Of a stretch of 26,602 nt of DNA, positions 17,946 to 25,070 are shown piece after piece. The notes beneath the pieces are model-generated. The model saw nothing but the letters and a program-made list of their open reading frames with translations, did no database searches and had not been told where the DNA came from. Position numbers and translations under genes: made by a program. The stretch is from a virus (taxonomy: Duplodnaviria; Caudoviricetes): the IMG/VR virus record IMGVR_UViG_3300017761_004947, positions 1 through 26,602 of that record. The stretch is one strand, 5' to 3'. Position 1 is the first letter of the stretch. Each line of letters starts with the position of its first letter.

Positions 17946-18140
17946 TTAAAATTGTGAACCACTTGCGTGTAATTCGGAATACTCATTAATTTGAGTTCTA
18001 AAAGATTCGTCTTCAATATATCTGTTTAAAGAACGATTAACTAATTTTTGTAATGTGATGTTTGATTCAAACGATAGTTGTTTGAATTTTGAATAAACAT
18101 CTTTTACGATTTTGACCGTAGTCAGTTTGGTGTTTGTCAT
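17946..18140 (-). CDS. Small ribbon-helix-helix-like DNA-binding protein
   Basis: 64 aa; KLTTVKIVKDVYSKFK (strand plus helix) followed by TLQKLVNRSLNRYI (helix); AAGGAG upstream. Confidence 0.6.
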   Translation of the reverse strand: MTNTKLTTVKIVKDVYSKFKQLSFESNITLQKLVNRSLNRYIEDESFRTQINEYSELHASGSQF

Positions 18141-18165
18141 AACTCTCTCCTTTTATGTATTATTT

Positions 18166-18180
18166 ATTATGTATAAATAT
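18166..18180 (-). promoter_or_regulatory. Putative phage promoter element ATATTTATACATAAT (copy 1)
   Basis: Identical 15-mer at 25041-25055; both copies sit at the 5' end of a gene that follows an intergenic gap. Confidence 0.5.
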
Positions 18181-18206
18181 ATAAAAATATATAAAAGAGA
18201 AAAAAA

Positions 18207-19064
18207 TTACTGCCAAATAGAACAAATTTTTCTAGATTTGAATTCACACCAATCACAAGCTTTTGATTTATTAGTAGGAAAATCAATTTGTTTTACTGCA
18301 CCTACTTCATCATATACGGAATCAACAAACTCCATAAATCCCTTCCAAGCTGCATTAACTGATGGTTTCCCATTAGCGGGAACAAACTTAGATATACGTG
18401 GTATTGTAAATTCAGTAGTATCTGATATTTTTCTTTTTAAGATTTGATATTCAACCTCAATCTTATCTAATGGAACATTATATTTTTCTGAGTAAAACTT
18501 CTTATATAGAAGCATCTGAGATGTTTTAACTTTATCTGCTTTTTGATATTGATTCCAACCTCGTGTTGATGTTTTTAAATCAATGATAATAATTTTACCA
18601 CTTGATACTTCCTTTAATACAATATCAATAAACCCAACAAAATTAACCCCCGGTCTTACTTCAGCGTTTAGGGGTAACTCAATCGAAACTAATTCAAACC
18701 CACTTTTAGTATAAAGTTTATCTAACTTAGTTTTAAAATAATGTAGGATTTGTCTACCATCACCAAAGAATTCCTCTAATTCGATTTGAGTACATGGAGT
18801 ACCTTCGGTCATTTTAGCCTTTTCAGTAGTAAAATGTTCTACTAACTTTTCCTTTAACATTCCCTCTACATCCAATAGAAGTGCCTGTTTTTTAGAAACT
18901 CCGTACATAACGGAAAGAAAGTGTTGAATGGTTTCGTGCATTGCCGAACCAAAGATTGTATGGATATTTGCAGATGATTCACCTAACTTATCTATGTAAC
19001 TTAGTTTAAATTGTTGTTGACAACCTGTCCACATTCCATATTGACTATAACTTACTCTTGCCAT
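18207..19064 (-). CDS. PD-(D/E)XK nuclease, Cas4/RecB(AddB)-like with iron-sulfur staple
   Basis: SYSQ...C, FGSAMHE, VGFIDIV, IIIDLKT, QMLLY, C-terminal CDWCEFKSRKIC. Confidence 0.9.
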   Translation of the reverse strand: MARVSYSQYGMWTGCQQQFKLSYIDKLGESSANIHTIFGSAMHETIQHFLSVMYGVSKKQALLLDVEGMLKEKLVEHFTTEKAKMTEGTPCTQIELEEFFGDGRQILHYFKTKLDKLYTKSGFELVSIELPLNAEVRPGVNFVGFIDIVLKEVSSGKIIIIDLKTSTRGWNQYQKADKVKTSQMLLYKKFYSEKYNVPLDKIEVEYQILKRKISDTTEFTIPRISKFVPANGKPSVNAAWKGFMEFVDSVYDEVGAVKQIDFPTNKSKACDWCEFKSRKICSIWQ

Positions 19065-19083
19065 TATTTGTTTTTTTATACTG

Positions 19084-19114
19084 TAAAGATACGAAAATTA
19101 TTCGATATTACCAA
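19084..19114 (-). promoter_or_regulatory. Bacteroidota sigma-type promoter (-33/-7) upstream of the nuclease gene
   Basis: Minus strand TTGG-taatatcgaataattttcg(19 nt)-TATCTTTA versus consensus TTTG-N19-21-TAnnTTTG; near-copy at 21632-21663. Confidence 0.7.
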
Positions 19115-19118
19115 CTAT

Positions 19119-20363
19119 TTAGGATATTATTTCTAACTTAATTCGTTCAAAATCAACACCATTTAACTTAGTAACATCGGTATTATTCAGTTTATCCATT
19201 TCAGTTGTAAATTGATACATACCGCCTGTTGCGTTTTCAACATCATTAGTTGAATTAGTAAATTTGATTAAATCCTTTAATTCATCAATAGTTTTTTGTT
19301 CTGTCAATTCTTTTATACCATTTTCTAAAAATTCAACTAATCGTATTTTTTCATATTCTGGTAAGTTATTTAATGATACTTCAGATGGACTCCATGCATA
19401 ATAAAAATCAATGTGTTCTGATGATTTTATAAACTTATTTTCTTCCATAAATTTGATAAAATCAAAAATATGATATGCATTATAAATTGTAGTAGTATAT
19501 TGAAAATTATATTGTAAACCTAACCCACCATTATATGGAGAGTTTGAAATAAAATATTTTTGTATTGTTTTTAAATTTGTTATAAATCTATCGTGTAGAA
19601 ATCCTATTCGTTGGTATTCTCCAACTTCACCAATTCCATCGCATGATATAGATAGGAATACTCTATCGAATCCTTTCCATAATTCAACTAAACTATTTTC
19701 ATCATAAGTAATTACTGATAAATTAGTGTTATAATGAATACTCAATGGTCTGACATTACCCCAATGTTGTTCTACAACTGGCATTGTATCATAAAGATAT
19801 TTTAATACCTTATAATGTTCTGGCATTATTAAGGGTTCACCCCCTGCAAAATAAAAGCTTTTAATATTTTTTAAATGTGGAATTAGGTCTTCAACAATTG
19901 TATCGGAAACTTTCATTACCTTAGTTCTACCTTTAGTATGACCGGGTCTTAATTTATCAAAATCTTCATACCAATTGGATGAAAAATCATGATTACACAT
20001 TCTACATTTAAAATTACATAAATTTGAGAAGCGAATATCCACATGTTGGAATTGGGAATCAACTGAGTAATCTTCTTTAACTTCAGGCATCTTCCATAAA
20101 CGATTATTATTAAAATCGGTACGAGGAGAGTGATTATTTAAATCTTCTTTTTTATAACAAACATCACATACTTTATTTCGTTTACCTTCTAACATATCTT
20201 TACGCAATTCTTTCATTTGTGGTGAATTAAAAGCTTCTTCAATAGTTAAGGTTTTTAAATCCAATGGTTCATCAAATCCACTTGCTATGCAACAAGGTTT
20301 CATTTCTCCCTTTGGTTCTGAGTATAAATGTACGAATGGTAGTATGCAAGTTGTATTACTCAC
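19119..20363 (-). CDS. Radical SAM protein with N-terminal twitch/SPASM-like domain
   Basis: CILPF...KPCC...CDVC at N-terminus; CNFKCRMC (CxxxCxxC), FAGGEP, YNTN, ISCDG. Confidence 0.9.
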   Translation of the reverse strand: MSNTTCILPFVHLYSEPKGEMKPCCIASGFDEPLDLKTLTIEEAFNSPQMKELRKDMLEGKRNKVCDVCYKKEDLNNHSPRTDFNNNRLWKMPEVKEDYSVDSQFQHVDIRFSNLCNFKCRMCNHDFSSNWYEDFDKLRPGHTKGRTKVMKVSDTIVEDLIPHLKNIKSFYFAGGEPLIMPEHYKVLKYLYDTMPVVEQHWGNVRPLSIHYNTNLSVITYDENSLVELWKGFDRVFLSISCDGIGEVGEYQRIGFLHDRFITNLKTIQKYFISNSPYNGGLGLQYNFQYTTTIYNAYHIFDFIKFMEENKFIKSSEHIDFYYAWSPSEVSLNNLPEYEKIRLVEFLENGIKELTEQKTIDELKDLIKFTNSTNDVENATGGMYQFTTEMDKLNNTDVTKLNGVDFERIKLEIIS

Positions 20364-20812
20364 TATATTTTTAATTTTAATTTTGTGATTTCTTTGGATT
20401 CTATACCATACTTCTCACATGTGTACTTAATATGTTCTCTACCTTCTTTTGTTGAATATAGTATTTCTAAATACTCTTCAGCCTGTTTTGTAGAACATTG
20501 ATAATCCTTTGCAACTAATTCAACTAACCATTTTTCGTAGGTATCTTCTTTCTTACCCTTCACATATCTAAGGTAATATTTTCCTTTTGGAATAATACCA
20601 ATTAGTACTAGATATAATTGCTTGGGTTCTAATATTTCAGTATAAGGTTGTATCTCTGAAATAACCGATATCCAATCTGGATTCATTGAGATAAAACGAT
20701 GTACCATATAATTAGACCAAGTCTTTTTATCTGCATCATCTAACTTGTCCCAATACTTTGGGTCTTGTTCGGTTGTAATTGCTTTGATATGGTCGAATAG
20801 TGATTTGGCCAT
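20363..20812 (-). CDS. Clamp loader small subunit (T4 gp62-like)
   Basis: LFDHIKAIT, WSNYMVHRFISM, IPKGKYYLRYVK, LVAKDYQCSTKQAEEYLEIL resemble gp62-family motifs; gp44-like gene nearby. Confidence 0.7.
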   Translation of the reverse strand: MAKSLFDHIKAITTEQDPKYWDKLDDADKKTWSNYMVHRFISMNPDWISVISEIQPYTEILEPKQLYLVLIGIIPKGKYYLRYVKGKKEDTYEKWLVELVAKDYQCSTKQAEEYLEILYSTKEGREHIKYTCEKYGIESKEITKLKLKI

Positions 20813-21075
20813 TATTCTTGTTCTACTTTTAAACCGGGAGGTAATACTTCATTAAGTACCTCACCACAATCACCACATAAGAATAACTCTACCGGCAGAA
20901 CTTCATCTTTTGGTTTGCCTGATAATAGTTTTGAAATCTTACGAAATCCAAACCCTTGTACAAAAATCTCACCACCACATTTTGCACATCCTATTGGGGT
21001 TGTTTTTTCTAAAGGAATTTTTACTTCTTCCTGCTCACCTATTGGTTGTCCACCTGCTCCTAAAATTTGTGCCAT
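20812..21075 (-). CDS. Zinc-ribbon protein
   Basis: CAKCGG...FLCGDCG (two CxxC pairs) in 87 aa. Confidence 0.75.
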   Translation of the reverse strand: MAQILGAGGQPIGEQEEVKIPLEKTTPIGCAKCGGEIFVQGFGFRKISKLLSGKPKDEVLPVELFLCGDCGEVLNEVLPPGLKVEQE

Positions 21076-21081
21076 ATTGTT

Positions 21082-21390
21082 TTAATTTATAACCATTAAT
21101 AAATCCATTTCTCTACATAAGAAATATTCAGTATCATCTAATTTAATTTTTTGAATATTCATTCCGCCGGATGGTAATAATACTTTATCACCTACCGATA
21201 CTTCCATTGGAATTTTAGTTCCGTTTTGGGTATAAATACCATTACCTACTGAAACAATTATACCGAATTTATTATCACCATCTTGAACAGTGTCTGGTAT
21301 GATAATACCACCAATCCTTTTTTCGCCTGTTTCTACTTTGATTAGGACTCTATCTCCTAATGGTTTTGCTAATTGTACTTCTGTTGACAT
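21082..21390 (-). CDS. groES: Co-chaperonin GroES
   Basis: KPLGDRVLIK, GGIIIPD mobile loop, IVSVGNG, PMEVSVGDKVL, REMDLL. Confidence 0.95.
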   Translation of the reverse strand: MSTEVQLAKPLGDRVLIKVETGEKRIGGIIIPDTVQDGDNKFGIIVSVGNGIYTQNGTKIPMEVSVGDKVLLPSGGMNIQKIKLDDTEYFLCREMDLLMVIN

Positions 21391-21403
21391 ATTTTTTTTG
21401 TTT

Positions 21404-21613
21404 TTAATCGAACCATTGGGTTCTGTTAGTTTTTACGTGTTTTACTCCAGTACCCTTTAGGATTTCATGCCCTTTCTTTTTCCATGTAGATATCACCTTA
21501 CTATCTCTTTTTTTATGTAAAGCCAATTGGTCTAAATATGAAAAGAAATCTTCCTCTGATAGTTTCTTTAAATCCTCATCAGTTAGGGGATTGTTTGGGT
21601 CGTATGTTATCAT
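21404..21613 (-). CDS. Hypothetical protein
   Basis: 69 aa ORF filling the gap directly after a promoter motif; acidic N-half, basic C-half. Confidence 0.7.
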   Translation of the reverse strand: MITYDPNNPLTDEDLKKLSEEDFFSYLDQLALHKKRDSKVISTWKKKGHEILKGTGVKHVKTNRTQWFD

Positions 21614-21631
21614 TGTATCCGTATTTATCCT

Positions 21632-21663
21632 TAAATATACGAAATAATATTCGTATTACCAAA
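21632..21663 (-). promoter_or_regulatory. Bacteroidota sigma-type promoter (-33/-7) upstream of the 69 aa ORF-groES unit
   Basis: Minus strand TTTG-gtaatacgaatattatttcg(20 nt)-TATATTTA; contains inverted repeat TACGAA-N6-TTCGTA (21638-21655). Confidence 0.7.
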
Positions 21664-21978
21664 TTATAAGGATACTATTTTTTGAAGGTATTCTTCGATT
21701 TTTTCGGGTTTACTCCCTATTAGGGGTGTTTCTACTACATTCCCCTCAAAGACTCCTAGAAACGTAGGTATATTCGTTAAATTGATAATGCTCCTACTCT
21801 TTGGTGATTCATCTGCATTAATATGAACAAATAATATATTTTCATAATATGTAGATAATTGTTGAAGATGGGGTTTAATCCGTGCACAATCAGGACACCA
21901 ATCTGCGTAGAACATTACAAATACCTTTGAATTCTCTTTAATAATTTCACTAAGATTATCATTAACTAATTCTATCAT
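21664..21978 (-). CDS. Thioredoxin family protein
   Basis: FYADWCPDC active site, IPTF cis-Pro motif, 104 aa. Confidence 0.92.
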   Translation of the reverse strand: MIELVNDNLSEIIKENSKVFVMFYADWCPDCARIKPHLQQLSTYYENILFVHINADESPKSRSIINLTNIPTFLGVFEGNVVETPLIGSKPEKIEEYLQKIVSL

Positions 21979-22823
21979 AACCCATTAATATATTCCTTTA
22001 ATCTATTTTGAGGTGTCCATCCTAATCTATTTAGAGCATCATCATTTTCTCTAAGTGTTTTACGATAGTTTCCCATTTGGTCGGGTATATGTATTGAGTC
22101 AGTTCCAAATTTTTCTTTAAACATCTCATATACTTCATTGATAGAATAATTTATACCAGTACCCAATTCCCAAGCATCTTCATGCTTTTCAGAACCAATT
22201 CCTATTTTATATAAGCCATCTATAATATCATCAACATGAGTGAAATCTCTCCGTTGTTCGCCATCACCCACAATAGTAATTTTTTCACCATTCTTAACTT
22301 GTCTTCTCCAGATACCAATTACTGCTGCCCAATCTCCTTCTACAATTTCTTTCGGGCCGTAAACGTTATAGAATCTACAAATTTCTACATCTAAATTATA
22401 AACTTTTTTGTATAGTTTATAAATCTCCTCACCCATATGTTTAAAACAAGCATAAGGTGATTGATATGGGTCATGCCAACGAGATGATGAACCTGCATAA
22501 ACAACTTTTACATTATTATGTTTTGCCCAATCTGCAACAGATAAAGTTGCCGTTGTATTTACTCTGAAAGTTTCTAATGGGTTTTCAAATGAGGGTTGAA
22601 TTCTACTTAATGCTGCTAGATGATAGCATAAATCAAATTTATCACCTCTCCAATATTCAATTTGTTCGATATCTCCACTTATATAGTTACATCCCTCTAT
22701 GTGGTTTTCTACTAAACCACTATCGTAATTATCTAATGAATGAACTTCATGTCCTTCAGTTAGTAATCGTTTTATTAAATTAGTGCCAATGAATCCTGCA
22801 CCACCTGTAACTAATATTTTCAT
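21975..22823 (-). CDS. NAD-dependent nucleotide-sugar epimerase/dehydratase (extended SDR)
   Basis: LVTGGAGFIG, HLAA, YAGSSS, SPYACFK (YxxxK), RFYNVYGP, GDGEQRRDFTHVDD. Confidence 0.93.
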   Translation of the reverse strand: MKILVTGGAGFIGTNLIKRLLTEGHEVHSLDNYDSGLVENHIEGCNYISGDIEQIEYWRGDKFDLCYHLAALSRIQPSFENPLETFRVNTTATLSVADWAKHNNVKVVYAGSSSRWHDPYQSPYACFKHMGEEIYKLYKKVYNLDVEICRFYNVYGPKEIVEGDWAAVIGIWRRQVKNGEKITIVGDGEQRRDFTHVDDIIDGLYKIGIGSEKHEDAWELGTGINYSINEVYEMFKEKFGTDSIHIPDQMGNYRKTLRENDDALNRLGWTPQNRLKEYINGL

Positions 22824-22825
22824 AT

Positions 22826-23773
22826 CTATATTACATCATTTATTTCAATAAGAGTTGCCATAAAACAAATCTCCTTATCTACAATCATAGCATCTTTATA
22901 TTGCCCTTGTGCAAGAATCATAATTACGGCAGAAGTATTACCCACTGCATAATCGTTTACCTTTTCGTAAAGATGGGTGTATAATTCAGTAAAATCTTGT
23001 ACGCGGGAATCTGCAACTGCTTGTCTTAGATTTACATAACGATTTCTCTTATCATCCTTTGATTTAAGAATATCTATAATTTTTACTCTAACATCTGCAT
23101 CAGATATACTGCTACTATCAATTTTTAATACTCCTTTTGAGGAATTAAGTTGACAGGTATTAATAATTTTACGAATATCTGGATAGGATGAATCTACGAT
23201 TGGAACTAATTCTTTTATTTCAAATTGTATTCTTTCCTCCGTTAATATTTTACTAATTTGTACTGCAACATCTTTTTTAGTAGGTGGGATAATTTGAAAA
23301 GTTTGACATCTACTTTGTATCGGGTCAATAATTTTTTCCACATAGTTACAAGTCAAAATGAATCGACAATGTTTACTAAATGTTTCCATTAGATTTCTAA
23401 GAATTGCTTGAGCCTGAGGAGTCATATAATCAAACTCATCTAAGATAACAATTTTTATATCCTTAAACCCAATTGTAGATGCAAATGATTTTACTTTATT
23501 ACGGACAGTATCCACATTGTTTTCATCAGATGCGTTTAGTATCATAAAATCACAATTGATTGAATTAACAATCAACTTTGCAAGTGTAGTTTTACCAGTT
23601 CCTGCTTTACCATAAAGTAAAAGATGTGGAACATCACCGCTTTCAATATAATCACGAATCTTTTGTTTTAAATGGTCATTACCAACATAATCCTCTAATT
23701 TTTTAGGACGATATTTTTCAACCCAAAGTGTATTTGGGGTTTCTTCTTTTATATTTTCTTCAAAAAATGCCAT
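22826..23773 (-). CDS. Clamp loader AAA+ ATPase (RFC small subunit/T4 gp44-like); likely start at 23773
   Basis: LWVEKYRP, Walker A GKAGTGKT, LNASDE, Walker B ILDEFD, AQAILR, PIQSRC; ATG at 23773 (MAFFEE) has an A-rich leader and avoids overlap. Confidence 0.95.
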   Translation of the reverse strand: MAFFEENIKEETPNTLWVEKYRPKKLEDYVGNDHLKQKIRDYIESGDVPHLLLYGKAGTGKTTLAKLIVNSINCDFMILNASDENNVDTVRNKVKSFASTIGFKDIKIVILDEFDYMTPQAQAILRNLMETFSKHCRFILTCNYVEKIIDPIQSRCQTFQIIPPTKKDVAVQISKILTEERIQFEIKELVPIVDSSYPDIRKIINTCQLNSSKGVLKIDSSSISDADVRVKIIDILKSKDDKRNRYVNLRQAVADSRVQDFTELYTHLYEKVNDYAVGNTSAVIMILAQGQYKDAMIVDKEICFMATLIEINDVI

Positions 23774-23790
23774 ATTATTTATTTTATATT

Positions 23791-24483
23791 TTAAATAGTC
23801 TTTTTTATAAAGGTACACAATGCATATCTACCAATTCCACCCACTACTGTTGAAACTCTATGCTCAACATCAGAATTACTTAATGATACTATTGCTACAT
23901 TTCCAAATACAGGTGAAACACTTTCATTACCATCTAATATCAAAATACCACCATCATTATCATTATATGATTCATTTAAATAAATTAAAATAGAACAAAC
24001 TCGTTCTGGGTACATTCCATCTTTATGGTTTTCAATTACACATCCATCATCATAAAATGTAAACTCATTTACAATTGTAGATAGTGTAACATCTTCATCT
24101 ATTTGAAAACATTTTCTAACTAACTGGAATATTGAGTTATTAATGAGTGTAACATTTATATTTTTAGTTTTACATACTTCTGCAAGTGATTGATTGTACC
24201 AAGCTTGTTCTACTTTTTTTAATTTTTCAAAAGCTTTTAATTTTTCAATTTTAGCATCATCGTATGATTCATATTCATTTTTAAGTTGAAATGGCATACC
24301 TAAATTTAATTCTCTTTTTAATTCACCATCTATTCTGACCCTGGTCATATAAGATTGTAAATTATCGGTTTCGTTACATTTAAAAGGTAATAATAGATTA
24401 TATAAATCCATATCATACTCTTTCAAATTAAATTGAGTATATCCTTTTGTTTGTAAATCAGATTGAATTTTATTAAACTTCAT
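23791..24483 (-). CDS. 2OG-Fe(II) oxygenase (prolyl-4-hydroxylase-like)
   Basis: TFY..G..IENHKDG (HxD), SILIYLN, DGGIL, EHRVSTV, RYAL. Confidence 0.85.
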   Translation of the reverse strand: MKFNKIQSDLQTKGYTQFNLKEYDMDLYNLLLPFKCNETDNLQSYMTRVRIDGELKRELNLGMPFQLKNEYESYDDAKIEKLKAFEKLKKVEQAWYNQSLAEVCKTKNINVTLINNSIFQLVRKCFQIDEDVTLSTIVNEFTFYDDGCVIENHKDGMYPERVCSILIYLNESYNDNDGGILILDGNESVSPVFGNVAIVSLSNSDVEHRVSTVVGGIGRYALCTFIKKTI

Positions 24484-25042
24484 CGGTATTGTATTTTGCT
24501 AATTCTTCCGGTGTTGCGAATGGTTCGGGTGGTTGTTCAGCCCAAAATTGTTTTTCCAAATCAGGTGTCCAACCATCTTCACCATCAAGAGAACCAAAGA
24601 AATCATTTTCTAAATCTTCTAATGATTCGTTTATATTTTGTATAGTTGGAGAATTAGGGCCGTGTTCCGGTTTCCATGTTGAATTAGTATAACTCATTGT
24701 ACTACCACTTGGATACCCATATGCAGTTCCTGTTGTAGTTGATGTTATAAATTGTGGTGTTGCGTATGTTATAGAACCACCACCCGGTGTTGTTGTTATT
24801 GTTCCAGATGAACCACTACCACAATTTATTGTATATGGGTTATGTGGGTTGTATGGTTGGATAAATGGTAATGTTTGTATTGTTCCAGTATTCGGAACTC
24901 CAAACGGAAATCCTATTGGTTCTTCATCCTTAACCTCCGCCAATTTATCTTTTAATATATCCCATTGTTTTGGAGTAATATTAAACTCATGTACTCCTTC
25001 CGTAAATCCTTTTAACCAAAGGACGAATTCTTTTGATGTCAT
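24473..25042 (-). CDS. Hypothetical phage protein with low-complexity Thr/Gly/Pro linker and acidic tail
   Basis: MTSKEFVLWLKGFTE...TPKQWDILKDKLAEV helical head; T/G/P-rich middle; D/E-rich end. Confidence 0.7.
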   Translation of the reverse strand: MTSKEFVLWLKGFTEGVHEFNITPKQWDILKDKLAEVKDEEPIGFPFGVPNTGTIQTLPFIQPYNPHNPYTINCGSGSSGTITTTPGGGSITYATPQFITSTTTGTAYGYPSGSTMSYTNSTWKPEHGPNSPTIQNINESLEDLENDFFGSLDGEDGWTPDLEKQFWAEQPPEPFATPEELAKYNTDEV

Positions 25043-25055
25043 TATGTATAAATAT
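25041..25055 (-). promoter_or_regulatory. Putative phage promoter element ATATTTATACATAAT (copy 2), running into the ATG
   Basis: Exact repeat of 18166-18180; reads ATATTTATACATA-ATG. Confidence 0.5.
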
Positions 25056-25070
25056 TAAAATTTGTAAAAA

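Noticed and set aside
18172-18179. T4 late promoter TATAAATA (also at 25047-25054)
   Set aside because: It reads TATAAATA on the plus strand, opposite to all genes; treated instead as the minus-strand ATATTTATA element
18207-19064. Cas4 as part of a CRISPR-Cas system
   Set aside because: No cas1/cas2 and no repeat-spacer array in the window; solo Cas4-like nucleases are common in phages
23774-23818. ORF-track start of the clamp loader (MYLYKK...)
   Set aside because: It overlaps the upstream oxygenase gene; the ATG at 23773 has a typical A-rich leader
23791-24483. TET/JBP 5-methylpyrimidine dioxygenase
   Set aside because: Motifs (LIYLN...GG.L...HRV...R) fit P4H-like oxygenases, and the nearby MTase has SPPY rather than the PC motif of C5-MTases
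400-25058. All short plus-strand ORFs in the track (e.g. 400..585, 1081..1383, 8659..8946, 18112..18447, 24849..25058)
   Set aside because: They lie mostly or wholly antisense to well-supported minus-strand genes and show no recognisable motifs, so they are shadow ORFs
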